From the NCBI RefSeq assembly GCF_000002075.1, contig NW_004797893.1, positions 398,462-462,461 on the forward strand: DNA of 64,000 bases. The letters run 5' to 3'. The position numbers and the translations under genes were made by a program. The notes below the pieces were generated by a model. That model searched no databases, was not told the origin of the DNA, and saw nothing but the letters and a program-made list of their open reading frames with translations. This DNA comes from Aplysia californica. Taxonomy: Eukaryota. Shown piece by piece: positions 22,901 to 37,900 of this stretch (positions within the stretch are counted from its first letter, which is position 1; every line of letters begins with the position of its first letter).

Positions 22901-25900
22901 TACACCATGGCTTCCTTAGAGGGACCAATGAGCTCGCAGTATTTTAATCTTTTTAAAGAACTTACAATTATCCACATTCCCAGTGCTGCCCCAGAAAGAT
23001 TACTCCAAGGAAGGAAAGACAGCACCGTTCGGTTAATTCTCTGTGATCTGGGACTCAGTGATTCCTACAGTTTGCCTCAGCACTCTCCAGACTGGTTGGC
23101 TGAGGAGTTGAAGTCTGTTCCAAATGTTGACCAAGGTGGTCGTAGTGACGCTTACTGGAGCTTTCTTTGTGATCATTTGGTAGGGCAGCTGGCGGAAGCA
23201 GCAAAAGGATTTAATGGAGAAGGAGCGTCGGTTCATTCCGATGTTGTGGCCACGTTTTTTGCCTTTGTTTCGTACGTGGAAGAGGAAAAAGGGGCTGAAC
23301 TTCTTCTGACCATCCTTAACGTGAGTGTGGATATATTATCATAATAGCACTATGATTGAGACCAAAGTCTCACTGAACTATTATTGCCTTCCTTATACAA
23401 TGGTCAAGCGCCACATTAATAAATATAGTAAATGCAAAACTAAATTTGGAATTTACTTTTTTTTTAAAGTCATTAAGGCTTTCATTTGGAATGAGGGAGT
23501 TGGATTTTGTTGGGGGGGGGGGGGGGGGGGGGTTCCTCAATCTTATGATGAATGATTTAGCCAAAAGAGTAGAATGTTGACAATATAATATATGGGTCAT
23601 TCCACCAGTACCAGTACCTCAACAATATGATTTTTAAAACATCAAATGCACTCATCCTAAAACACAAATTTCATATCAATTGGTATGAATGTATAGTGTT
23701 GATGGTGACTGCTTAAGGGAATGGTTTGTGTTCTTCATTTACGTGATCCGTCCTACCTAAGACAACCACTTTTTTCCTGGACAATGGGTGGCCATCTTGG
23801 ACAATTTTGACGGTACTCTGGTGAAAAAAAGAACATAAAAGTCATGAAGTCTGGCTGTTCACACAATGTTAACATCATTTATAGTTATTAGATTAGACAA
23901 TCAGCTACTTTACCTCTGACGTTAACTGATGAAGAAAACGGTTGCCTCATAGCTTTGATGTTTAGTTGACAGATGATGAAATTGTTTTAAAAAATTATTA
24001 ATGCAAACTATAAATGATTTTTATGATATTTGTGGACTTCAGAAGCTTCAGCAACCAGTTGCAGTGTGCCATTTCATTGAAGAATTGTTGGGTCTTGCCA
24101 AGCGAGTTCCTGCCTGTCAGCAACTGGTCAAAGGCCCAGCTATTGGGGCAAGAATAGAGAGGTTGACCACAGATCTCATGGCGGACCCTGATGCTCTGAG
24201 CAGTCCGGAGGTGTCTGGTGCATTGTGGGAGATGTTGACTGCTGCCATCAGCTTGACGGAGGAGAACAGCTGTAAGTTTCTAGTTTTGTTTGTTTGTTTG
24301 TATTTGATTACAGGGAAGGGCACCTGAGGATCAGGAGTAATTGGGGCCTTTATAAAGGAGGAAAAAGTTCAGTTCTACAGTGGTTAGGAGGATGATAACT
24401 TAAGTGCTTTACATCATGTAGCATTTGCTCTTTTGAAAAGAGTGCTTCTTCACCGTCTTTTCCCTGTTTTAGTCTACAAATTTGTAGTCTTTGCCAAAAA
24501 CGTACACATCGAACAGATTTTCAGTGCCAAATTAATGTATTCCCTGTATTCAAAACATGCAGACCGCATGAAAAATTAATACGTAGTGAAAAAAGTTAGC
24601 GTCCGCGATGGTAGATCTAATTAAACATGACTGCAAATTTCTCTTTCTGAGGTAGCCAGAGAAGGAGAGTTAACTGTTTATAAGCCGGGGGGGTCACTGT
24701 GTTGAAGGCCAAGGACAGGTTAATTGCATACATCACAGTATTGTCCAATGGGAGATATAGCCTGCACACCCTTCAGCTGTGTGTGGGGAATCTGTAGGAG
24801 CAAAAACTGTATTTCTTCCAACTAAATGTTTGAACTTTAATTTTAAAAAGAGAGTCACCATGAAAAACAGTACTGATTATACTGACTGACTGCACACACA
24901 GGAAGTGTTCATGAAAGTGTATGTTGTGTGTACATGTGGATAAGTGGGTTTTTGTTGCTGAGCAAAATGATTAATTTGTACTAATGTGAGAGGGGAGAGG
25001 TACGAATAGTTGTCCGCCCTCTGTTTATATATATATCCACTTATATATATAAGTAGCTCTCATAAATGTACCAGTGTCTGTGGTGTAGTGGTTAAATGCT
25101 TTGCCATCACATGCAGAGACCTGAGTTTGATTCCTAAATAGGGAGAATTTTTATCAAGTGTCTCCTCCGTCTTTCTGCTGGGATGTTATATCCTTCAGCC
25201 TGGGTTGGCCCTGACAGCAGGGTTGGAGCCAACCTTCTAAATGATCTAAATTGTGTCAGTGGGGAGCACAAATACACCTACATGTACATGTCTCATATTT
25301 ATGATGGATCTCTTTCCCCTCAGGGCTCTTGGTCTCTGAGTCATGCCTGGATGCCATCGTGTCATCCTACATCACCACACTGAAGCAGTTTTTGACGTCC
25401 CACGTGACGGCAACAGGGGATAATGTCATGTCTGTTGTGCGGATGGCACAGGCTGCTTTTGACAAACATAAGGTAGGGGAAAAATTCCTCTCTGTCCCTG
25501 TTTGTTTGTGCTTTTTTTCCCCCATAATGACTGCTCAGTGTAAGACTCGGTCATACATCACTTTAAAAAATGGTGTATGGTGGAGCCTTGCCCCAGGTGG
25601 TTGGTGGGTGCTCTGGTGCAGTTTGCTCCTTCTTTCATGTCAAACATCTGTCATCCTTATCTCCCCTCCTTCTTTTTTTGTGTGTTACTCTCTTGTAACT
25701 CGTAATCTATTCGTTGGCACTTATATGGTCTTTTTGTGTTGCAAGTGCCGTAAAAACAAGCTGTCAGTATGTGGTTGTCAGTTTTGTCACGTCACGCATA
25801 ATTTTATGTCTGAGAGAAGAATGATGTGATCAAGTGGGCCCTTCGAATAGTTTCAGCCACTGGAACATTGTTTGATGGCGCTCTTATCTAACACATCCAC

Positions 25901-28900
25901 GCACACAGCATGCAGAGCACACAACCTTTATCCCCACAGACCAGGATGCAAATGGGGTACATCAGTACTATATATTTATCTTGGCCAAAATACACTTACC
26001 ATTATGAAATGTTCTGCATATTGAGAAAATTGATCACGATGATCACAAAGAATTAGAATCAGAACTAAAAACGTTAGATCCAGCATATTCATCACCCAAA
26101 TTCTCTTCATGGTGTAAGTGTAAAGCAACACTCATGCCAGATCTACTCGACATTTTTTATAAAGAAATTACTCCAATTGTGAAAGAAAAGTTGGTCTGTC
26201 TTTTCTGTAAATAAGCTTACCTGCCTCTCCTGTATAAATTGGTGATATGTTTCTGAACAATTTCACTTTTGTCAAGATTGCTTTTTATCTTATAAGTTTG
26301 TCTCACACCCTTAATTAGGAGAACTTTTGATTTGTAACTAATGGTATTAGGAATAATGTATAATGAGTTAGTATGACGCAAATCCCACTCAACAACAAGC
26401 TTTACTTGCTTTAGTCTGTATTAAATTTATTGCCCCTGCAGACCTGATTGTAATAATATTCTGAAATAATCTCTTACTTCCTGGGAAGCATATTGTGGAA
26501 GCTGTCATTTATTCAGGCACTAAAACACTAACATACTGACAAGGATCATTTGCTATCTATGGCCAGGTACTATTCCCACCAGGGTGAAGTGATGAAAATC
26601 CTTGTAAAGTGCTTTTTCCAAGGACACAATGTATTTTATGGAAGCTTGGATTACTTCTTATTTCTATCAGCTGGCCTCTCTATTAGTGTAAACTCCTGAT
26701 GACACATTCTAAAGCTGCAGGATATTTTTTTTCTCACAGCTGGCCTCTCATGGCTGCCTGTGAGTCAACTTTTGATAACACTTTCCAAAGCATATTTATT
26801 TCCCCTTTGAAGGCCTCTCATTGTCGCCGCCTGTGTAAACTTTTCGTAACACATTTTTAATTATATTTCTTCTCCTCCAGCTGGCCTCTCACCCTCAGCT
26901 GTGTGAACTGGTGATGAGTCTCATGAGCATACAGCTACAGACCTACGACTGGGATCAGGGTAAGATGCCTGGCAGTTTTTACCTTGAGCAGGTTCCTGTC
27001 ATGCTGTCAGCCTTGCTTCATCATTTATCTGTTTATTCCACTGTTTTTCTAACCTGGTTATTGATAAGTAAAAAAAAATTGACTGTGGCAAAAATAGGCC
27101 TTCTGAGAGCAGCCTCAAGCAAGACTTCATATGTGGATACTCTCCTAAAGAATAGATACACTAAAAAGTGCCCTTAACTATCAGTTTAAGCTAATCTGGG
27201 ACAAATTTGGGGGCTTGCAAAAATTTTGCAAAAATTCTTGTTATTCCTTTTGGCATCACGAATAAAAATATTACTGTGGTCCCATGGGACCCTCTCCAAT
27301 TTTCAGTCTTCAGCTTGCCAGTCATTTCTGTCTGTTTTTACGAGTAGGCTATGGTAGTCTGCTCAAACGTTATAAATAATAACACAGTACTCTCGTATGT
27401 TTCACTCCTTGTAGATGCTGAGACGGAGTTCGCATCTGTTTTGGAAGCTGGACTGAGGTTGATGCTGCAGTCTGATGCACCGGCTCAAAAGGAGCGGCGT
27501 CTGGAATCTATGTGTGCCCAGATACAGCAGTGGCTCAGGGAGTCTGTGACAAGTGTGGCAGGGTGAGATTTTGCTGTTCCAGGCCATGATTGGATTTAAT
27601 TTGGTTATTACAGTCGAACCTGCCCTGACGGCCACCTCTATAAGACGACCACCTGTACAAACGGACACTTTCCATTTCCCCCCTTGCGTTTTTTCTATAT
27701 AATTTAACTGTGTAAAACAGGCACCTGTCCAACGCGGCCGCGGCCACCATATTTCAACACACAACCCCTATCACACAAAGCAAAAACACCTGTCTTAGAC
27801 GGCCACCTTAGTGACTCCATTACGCTTTGTCGTAAATTGTGCATTGGCCGCTGGCGTTGTGGGCGAGCTGTCATAATCTAAAAACCTGTCGTTGTTAGGT
27901 AGTCCCTCCAACTGATCATGTTGCGTGGGCCCCTCCCACTGTTGACCAATAGGTAACAAAATAAATTTTCAACTGCTGGTGAGGTAAGCGTGTGATCCCC
28001 CATAACCCATAAGCCCCGCCCAGAACCCATACACAAATCGCAAGTGACATGAGTGGTCACTGTTTACCCAGTCTGTAACAAAGTAACAATGGACGTCAAC
28101 ATGAACTTGTGACAGAAGCGTCGCTCGTTCTCCCAGTGGCAGTACGGGTGTTTGTTTTACCTTAGCACTTGATCCTCCTTGTCTGACACCTTTCGTTTTA
28201 TTGTCACCCGTGCACAAAAGAAAAGAAAACCGAGCAAAAACAACAACAACAATGCAACTATCTTCGGTTGGGACCTCAGAAAGGAAGGGTTTGTTTTCTC
28301 AGAAAGGAATTGTTTGTTTTCTTCACCTCGATCAGTCCTGCCTAAGACGGCCACCTGTCTTATACGGCCACTTTTCTCCTTGACAATGGGTGGCCGTCTT
28401 ACACATGTTCAACTGTATATTCATAGACCTCCAGATTCAAAGGAGACCCTGATTGCAATATGAGCTGTGCTTATGCAGTGGAGTTCACCTAATCCAAATT
28501 CTGTAGGGCAGATTTTCTTCAGTTTAGTCAGAATGTATATATTTGAAAAGTATTGGATTAAGATATCTGAGTTTTGATTGTTGTGAATTTTATCAAATAC
28601 CTTTATTGATTTTTGGTGTAGGTATGACAAAAATCTTGTGACATTTTTTTGTTAGTTTTGATTAACAGTTGTTTTTTCTTTTGCTTGTTTTTTTAAGCTG
28701 TATCTTTTTTTGCTGTCGTCTCACAGTCTGTCTCGAGTCACTAAAGCAGTTCGGATTCTTGCTGTAGCAGCTGCAGGTGGAAGTGGAAACAGCGAATACA
28801 ATGATAGTGTTGACTTACAGAAAGAAAGTAGCACCAGTCCTTCCCTCGATGTGTCAGTGCTGGCATCTGTCAAGAATAACCTGCTGGTGGATGTTCAGCA

Positions 28901-31900
28901 ACTCTGTGTACCGGAAGAGCAAAAGGTTTGTTTTCTTAAAGCTTTAACAACCTACTATGAGACACCAAAGAGTCATTACTGAGATGAAGTACTTGGTGCA
29001 GACGGAAGAGTAAAAGAAAAGGAGGAAGTGAAGACTTGCCAGAGTTAACAAGCCTCAGTCGACCTTTCCTCCCATTTTTTTGCTGATCCACCTAAAAAAG
29101 GTTGTCTTAAATATAAACATGATGTGAATCAATCCAGGATTTGAGACAAGTTTGAGGCAATTTTTGCTCTGACTCCTCTCACTAGCATTTTTTTATGAGA
29201 TGTAGGGTTTAATCTGATCAGGACCTGAAGGATCCTTTATTAAAAAACAAATTTTTTTTTTACAATGTCTGACATTAAGAGAGTTACAAATTCCTTAAAG
29301 CATTCATATTACTGGTAAAATCTGTGCTTGAAAATTATTAATGATTTTGTTTTTGAGAAATTTATAGTCCTTCAGCTTGCAATACATTGCACTGGTGATG
29401 ATAAATACTCATGCCCACATTCCCCAACCCAACCACCCCACCACTTTCACTGGTGGAAAATCAAATAAGAACGTAGTGGTTTCCGTTTCAGGTGATGGAG
29501 TGTCTATATGCACAAGGCAGATTACACCAGCGTCCAAAATCAAAGGAATCAAGAAATGATGAGACTTTGGTGACCTTGCAGCCGTATGCCCTGCTGTGTG
29601 TGCACAATCTGAGGACTCTGAACCTCATAGCAGAACTGACAGAGGGAGATAATGATGCTGTGACTGCTGATACTTCCTTCACCGAGAAAAGGCTCCTTTG
29701 TTTGACCAGTCTTGCGTTTGCCTGTTTGGTTGTCTGGACTGCAGAACAGATGAAGTCTTTTGTGAGCATCTTAGCATTCAACTTCTTGCTTTCTTTCGTC
29801 TGCAGCAAATTAGATATTTTATCGTTATTGTTGGCATTTCTTTTCTTAAAATTATGTCTTGGGTTCAGCAGTTGTTTTTTTTATGTGAGCTGAATGAAGT
29901 TCTTTGTGAGTAAAACCATAAATTTCATGTAATGAGAAAAGAGTCCTCACAAATGTAAAAAGGTTACTGAAAGAGGGGAAGAAAGGGGTGGGGGGGGGAG
30001 TGTCTGACTTCAGTTTGGTAATAGTTTTACGGCATTCACAACTGCATAAGGTCATATGAGTGTGCAACTTAATACTGTCTTGGTGAGGATACCGTAGTTA
30101 GAGATTATGTGATTGAATGAGAAATAGGTCAAATGCAAACTTCTGATGGAATTTTTACCTCAAGAAGAGAAAGTGATACCGATGATTGAAGCATAGAAAT
30201 GTTGTGGAAGCAGTTGCAGTAATACAGTACATTCTTGTGTTTTTATTGTACTTGTCTAGGATGTATGTTCTGTGGTGACTGAAATAGGGCTTATAATGTC
30301 TAAGGGTACCTGCAAATTCCGGCTGTAGTGAGAACAAAGAAAGGATTGGTGATTTGCATTCTGTCGTGTTCATGCTTCAGATCTTTAGTGTTATCTTTGT
30401 TGCAAGAAAAATTTAAGTCCCTCTCAATATTTTTCCCTCCCTTTGTAGAGCAGTGTCAAACAAAGTTACTCCTTTTTCTTGCGACTTCAGCAAAATTTAC
30501 CTTTGGTTCTACACCTTTGGATCTGGTTGTTACTTCACTCTTTCAGTGTGGCTTGGTAGCTCAGTGGTTAGGCTTGTAATCGTGAGATTGCGAGTTCGGA
30601 GGCTCAAGCCTCAGCTTGGTCCGATGTTGTTTCCTTGGGAAAGGCACTTTACATGAATGTCCCATTTGGCTCGGTCCTTTCCAAGATAAACATTAAACTC
30701 GGATGTCCCGTCTCTTAAATAAGCTAATAGCGTTGATAAGGGCGTTAAACCTACACCACGTCACGATTTTCTTTCTTCCTGTTTGTTGGAGATGATAATT
30801 TGTATTTCAGCCATAATTATTTTTATATTTCAGTTTATCACTATCGTTTATATTCTGTTGTTACATATGTTTACAGAGCCCGTCAGAGAGCAGCATCATC
30901 CTGGAGGAGCTGGAGTCAGGGGTCAAATCTAACTTGATGGCTCTTACAGAGGGACAAATGTCACAAGTTCTTCAGTTCTCTCCAAAGGGGTAAGCCGACA
31001 CGTGTGGGATGGCGGAAAACTAGCCAAAAGATTCAAGCATCTGTGTTTAAACAAGCGTATTTAAGTTTGTCTTCTCATTGGCAAAATATTGGTGCAGTCA
31101 CATGATCTTTGTAGGTTTTGATCAAAATATAGTAATGACTTTAGATAAAAACACTTTAGAATACAACGTAGGCCTACAAACAATCTGTAGCAAGAATACC
31201 CAGATGTCCCTTGAAAAAATACTGAATCAAGCTTTTAGATTTATTTATGAGATCAATTCCAACTGTAGCTTGTGAAACACCAACCAACCTGGAGTCCCTA
31301 GGTCTGTGGAGAGAGGCAGCAGTAGTGGAGATGAGTGAGTGCTACAAGTGACAGAACAATGACTATCCAAATAGAAAGCTCATCATGCAGAGGTGACTAA
31401 AGAAACACAACATGGAGTATCTATATTTGATATATAGCTAGAGAGATGTTGAATCCCATAAAGATGGGGTGCCCCTTGAAATTACTGAATTTGGGTCAAA
31501 TTATGAAAATTTAGTTGTTTACCGATTGTGAAGAAGTTCAGCCACTTCGGTATCTAAAACAAGCCAAGAGGAAATTTAGAACTCTCTTTTTCTTGTCATA
31601 AATTTAGATTAATTTTTGGGACATCTTTTGCATATTAATCAGTTAAACTAGGTCTAAAAAGAAATCAGTGTTATGGCCACTTGCTTCTAATGTGTCTTCC
31701 TGTAATCTGACATTTTGACTCATTACGCTTTCATTTTGTCAGAGAGTGCTTTAGTCAAAGACAGACCCTGGATGTTGTGAAACTGCTCACAGAGAAAGAG
31801 ACCATTCCAACAGGTGTATCTGACGTCTTCAGAAGAACAGAGTTACAGTTGCTGCTCAGGTCAGTTTTCTTAACTGTGCTGTGTTAATGTTACTCGTGCA

Positions 31901-34900
31901 GTAATAATTAAATTTTAAAATTCTACCTACCCTTTTCTTGTGTGTAAATTTTGAAATGAAAAAGAGAGGTAGGAATGGCTTCCCTCATTGCTGTTATTTA
32001 CTTTATGAACTATTAATAAGCTGTGTGGCTCATCAGTGAAACATCATACAGGAAAGGTTTGATTGACGAGCTTTCTGTGGACTGGAAGATATGTCTAATC
32101 TTGTCATGGTGCTAGAAAGCTGTGGTGTTCAAGGGGAGCTGTTCTTGTATGAGAATCCTTGAAATATGTGCTTTGTTTCTGAATATACACTATAGCCAGA
32201 GCACTTGCTACTGATCTTTTACTGTATTGTGTGGTGAAAAGGATTTTAGCCAAGGCTGAATGTGTTTGTGGTTGTTAGTTTGTATACTGCACTTCTGTGT
32301 GTAACAAGTCACTGTGCTGGCACAAAGTAGCAATGACCACGAACATCCTTTTTTTGCCAGAAAGTGTTTGCAAATAGGTGCATTTTGTAGCTTTATCTTC
32401 ACAGAGCATGGAACTTTTTGAATTTTTGAAATCCATCAATAAACAAAAAAGTTACGGATTTTTTAATCAATTAATTTCTGGTACACTTTTATATAATGGA
32501 AAACCCCCAAAATATGGGACGTTCTTTGGTGAGTTTTGAGACAATATTCGTCATAACTCGCTCATTTCTCAGAGTATTTCAAAGAAACTTGGCAGCCCAG
32601 TACATTTTGTAGTGCAAAATCTAGTCTTGCTTTCAGGTTTTTCATAGCTATCCTTTTTTTTGAGTTATGAAGACGTTTATAGGTAAATGTGGCAGTTTTC
32701 GGTGCGTTTTGAGACAATATTTGTCATACCTCGCCTATTTCTTGGAATATGTAAATGAAACTTGGCAGTCTAGTACATTTTTTAATGCAGAATCTAGTCA
32801 TGCAGTCAGATTTTTAATATCTGTCATACTTTTTGAGTTGTAAAGACATTAACAGGTAAAAAAGTGGCGTTCTTTACAGATTTACAAAGATTATCAGTCA
32901 TATGTTCTCCCAAAGTCATGATATTTGAATGAAACTTGGCAACATAAAAGGTTCCTCCTTGCCAAGCAATGCTCTGGATCAATTTGTCACAAAAATGTAA
33001 GTAGAGAGCTACTAATAAATCCAGTTCTGTACTAGTAAAAGCATGCATTCTTTGTTATAGAAAATAAGATCGTCTCTGTGTATATCCATTGTTGGACAGT
33101 GTCCTATTGTGTGGTAGATTAAGATGCGTTCAGATAATATAGTTTACAAGTCATGGGAATATTTCGCATGTGTAGGCTACAACTCATACAATAAATGTAA
33201 CATNNNNNNNNNNNNNNNNNNNNNNNNNNNNNNNNNNNNNNNNNNNNNNNNNNNNNNNNNNNNNNNNNNNNNNNNNNNNNNNNNNNNNNNNNNNNNNNNN
33301 NNNNNNNNNNNNNNNNNNNNNNNNNNNNNNNNNNNNNNNNNNNNNNNNNNNNNNNNNNNNNCTCACGCTCGCACGCGTGAACGATAACAATGTATAAACG
33401 GGACTGTCTTCCCAGACTGGACTAAATAATTACCATACTCTTTAATAACAATCTTAATGCCTCACTTTTCCAAACAGAGCACACTGGACGAGTCCAAGTG
33501 TGTGCTTTCCCAAGAGGGGGGAATAGGCTTTCATAACGCAAACACAATGCCATACCACTTCTCAAGATGTTTGCTTTTCTGTTTCTATTCTTCTGTCATG
33601 CAATCAAGCAAATAAAGATGACTACATCTATTGTATTGTGACTAAAATGCAACAAAAACGCAAGTTATCAAGGCCCCCGTTCAGTTTTCAAGTATCCTTC
33701 CCCCCCCCCCCTCCCCCCCCCTTTCCGGTTCACATAAGCGGGGCCTCGTTTGTAGCGCCCGAGGCGACCAATGGCTGGTGACGTCACTCAGTGGAAATTT
33801 CCCAGCCGCAGGTCGTTCACCCAGAACGCGCAAATGGCAATGTCGCTTTTCCCCTTAGTTACTCCCACATTTTTAAAGATTACGCGAAAACCGCTAAACA
33901 CAGAAGCTTGAAATTTTAAGGGAATAAAGAAAAATGGTGTACAACGTATCAGTCAGTTTGACAAATCACAGCTCTGAAAAATCTTCAAAGCGCACCACAT
34001 CAACCTATTTCGCAAACGTTTTCGACTGCTTCTAGGATGGGTACAATGTTGTCAATCTGCATACTACGAGATTGACCTCTTTTCTGATTGGCTGCCAAGT
34101 TTAATTCATATCCATTCACGAGAAGCGGCGTGAGAGCGAGTTGAAGACAACAACCTTTGCGTTAGTGTGTCCCACGAAACACCCCCGCTGCGGGGGCCAA
34201 AAATCGGCAGAACAAAACGCGCTCGGTGGGCATTGCTACACAAAGGGTATAATGAAGATGGAAGTGTCTATGATAAGCTTTTGAAATACAAAAAGGAGGG
34301 GAGATAAAGACGATAGATGTTTGATAGGAAAGAAGACGCAAACCACACCTGAGCACCCGCCAACCACCCACTATGTGGCCCTCAAAAAGTATATCCAACT
34401 ATTCAGTGTAACACTCCCCCATATGCCACTTTTTTAAATGGTGTTTGGTGGAGTCTTAGACTAAGCAGTAGATATGGTCGCTTGGGCTAACCCGGATTTC
34501 AAGGGATTCCAGAAATCTTGACCTACACCAAAAGTGGCCATAGCCCTAACTATAGGAGAAGTTTGGTTTCATCGGTGTGTATATTTGTTTGGTTATAGAG
34601 AAAACTGTCCTTGTGTTTTAAAGAAACTGAAAAAGGAGCAAAAACTTTACCTTTAATTTTCTCAGAACAGCAATTTTCAGGATAGCCCCCTTGTGCTTAA
34701 AAGCAACCATACAGGCTTTGATTTGAAATGGCAGAAGAAAAACAAATCTCGTCAATTTCGTTGACAGGTTGGTGGACCCGGAAGTTGAGAAAGAAGTGAA
34801 GGATCTGCTGGTGCTCCCAGTGACTGGTGATGGAATATGCAAAGCCTTTAATTTGGCTACTGGGGCTGCTGTAGGCCGTGATGAAGCTAGTCTGGAGACT

Positions 34901-37900
34901 ATGTCAGGTCAGTTGATATTTTTTCAACAGGTCCCCATCTTGATGTATGATAAAGTCTTGTTTCATCACACTGGCATCATGTTGTCAGTGGCCAGTGAGA
35001 GAAAAATACGGTTCTTAAGTATTTTTTTTTTCTCTGTATATTTTGTTCCCTTTTTTTTCATGTTTTATTCTCTCCTGTGAAGGCATAGTTATTATTTCAC
35101 TGAAAAGAAAATCCAAGCTTTTAAGATGTTCCAAAAGCTACTTTTTAGTGTCATAGACTGATTTTTTAAAAATGATTTGAGTATTTTTGTAGAACCACTC
35201 ACTTTACCTTACCTTTTACCAGGGGATAATAAGAGAACCCTGAAAAATGTTTCTGATGAAATAATGTCCAGGCAGGAACCTGCAAAGTAATGTCAGTTTA
35301 GTTTTTTCAGTTTTAGAAAGAATTTTACAGTACTGTAAGTGTTACAGCCTGTTATAATGTCAGTGTCCACCTGTATATTTCAGACTGTATGTGTGGCTTT
35401 GTTGAACTGGCCAAAGACCTGGATGTGATGACAGAAGAGGTGAAGGTCGCCCTGTTTCAACAGCTGACTGAGATAGTGAAGGAGCTGAAAGACAAAGGCA
35501 TCCACTTGTTGACTGGAGGGTGAGTTCAGTGAAATGTTCAACTTGCTATCTTGTTGTAATGAGTTCAATTCCTGGCATTGTTGGGTGGGATGATGTATTC
35601 CTAGGAAAGGTACTTAACCATCTTTCTTTTCTTTAGCTCATCCAGCTGTTAATGGGTACATATTAATCAACAGAGACGGAACGGGTGAAGGTTAGTGACT
35701 TGGGTCTAACATGCTGCAACATAATATGTCCAAAGGGCACTGGGGAGGTAACAGGATCACACTGGCTAGCTAAGGGGAATGTGGTGAAGTTGTGTAAGCC
35801 TCCCATTGACAGTCAATAAGCCTTTTTATCATATGAACTTGGTTGACACTCGTAGTCAAACTTTGATTGATGTATATTTTAAGACATAAATGTGAGGCAT
35901 CATGGTGAAATCAGGCGTGCGTCCAAATAATGAAATCAATGAAACAGACATTTTTCCACCAGGTTGGCACATTTTATTGAATTTTATTTTGACTCTGCAT
36001 CTTTTATGTCCATATAAACACACATTTCCATGTGAATTTTACTGGAAAAATGATGGTTGGAGGCGCAACATAATATGTTATTTTCAGTTTTCTAGGAATC
36101 TCAAGCTATTGAAGATACCAAACTTGGACAGCCATTTTCTCGCTAATTTAACCACTGAAACCAGGTGACTCTACCTCCTTCTATCACACATATCTTGACT
36201 TCTATTCAAGATGGATGGATATTTATTTCATTGAAAGCAAGGCATAGGAATAAGCTTTCAGATGATACCATTAACTCCACATGGTGGAAAATTGAGGAGC
36301 GCCTGATTCCACCACATCGTGACAAAAATGTTTCTTTTCGAGTACAATGTTGCGCTATTTCGTATAAGGTGTAGTTGTTCCGAAAAGTGACCACTACTTT
36401 ATTTGGACATTTATTTCCTGAAGATTTTGGCTCTTTTTTTTTCAATGATAGTGAGCTTTTTGGACAAATATGTAGATAAACCTTGACTTTGTTTTGCCCT
36501 TGTTTTTTTGTTTTTTTTACTAATGCTGGAATCCTATTTATTATACCTTGCACTCGCTGCAACCAGGGTTTCTTGGTATTCTTGCGTTAAATTATCTGCT
36601 TCTGTGGTAGCTCTGAACTGTATCCAAGTATAGTAAGGTTGCTTTGTTTTCTTTTCACTGCACCTTTTTATGTTTCCCTTTTTTTTCTTTCAGAGATGCT
36701 GACTGCTCTAAAGAGCACATGCACTTGAATACGTGCATTGCTCGCACGTTACCCGATCTGATGGTGTCACATAGTGAGCAGTTTTGGGAGTTCTGCCTTT
36801 GTGTTCTTGTGGAATGGATTCAGGTGAGTATCTTTCTGTACAAGGTTTTCGGGTAAAAGTAATGTTGAACTCCCCATTCTTAGAAATAGTAAAGAGAATG
36901 TCTTTCACGCTTGACGTCATGGCAACCCAAATGTTTTTATCAATTTTCCTTTTCTCATAGGTTCGTGTCACTTGTCTTCTTCATTTAAGACCTTACTGCA
37001 AACTTACTGTGATGTTGGGGGTGGGGGGTTCAGTATCAAAGACCTCAGGCACATGTTTCAGAATACAAACAGTATTATGATTTAGCAGAGAGTAATCAGA
37101 ATTAAGCCCCACATTGATTTGTACATCATTAATGCTTCTAATGCCCATTTTGAAAATGTCTTTAGCTTAACACAGTTAACCCGCCTGTCAAGCTAAAGAA
37201 GTTTGAACGCACAGGCTTTTGACGAGGCTTTAACAGTTTTCTGTTGTTGGGTGGCATAGAGTTCCTCAGATATTTATTTCTCTGTGGTAGTTTCATAATG
37301 TAATGAGACATCCCAGTTAACTAGTTGGACATGCATTTGGAAACTTGTAATTTCAATTCCCTGCTATATTGGGTTGAACATTGTATTCTTTGGGAAGAAA
37401 CCTTACCCTATTTACCTTTGTTCACCAAGAAGCACATGGATGTAAGGCACTGCCTTGTGAAGACCAGCAATGTATGTTTGCACTGATGTTAAATTTTGCA
37501 GTATGTGACGTTGACCTGAATCTTATTATGTATGCATGGTGGTGACTTTGACGTCTAAACTTACATAAAGATTTTTCTTTCTTTCTGAAAACACTTTTTC
37601 CCCCTCTTTCTCTGATTTCAGTGGGACCATCGTAGTAAAAATAGCTGTGACCTGTGGTAGTACACTAACCTTTTTGTTCTCTATTCTTTCACAGTATTTG
37701 TCTGAAATTGATGCCAGTTCCTGGTCTAATGATGTGACCAGAAGGCCGTTGCTGGTTTCGGTGTGTCAACTGTCTGATTTTGCCGTCCACACCTTTGCTT
37801 CTGCTCCAGTCGTGAAAGAAATGTCATTGGAAGCGCCGCCCAATTGTGTCACAGAGAAGGCCAAGACAGAATGGGAGGAGTTTTTCTGTGAAGGCATCTT

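Noticed and set aside
25075-25145. tRNA gene (also 30548-30620)
   Set aside because: The cloverleaf is broken and the sequence continues into SINE body
31302-31334. Possible extra 33-nt phase 2-2 LTN1 exon ([10 protein letters not shown]) with a GTGAGT donor
   Set aside because: No polypyrimidine tract and not needed for frame; it cannot be supported without transcripts
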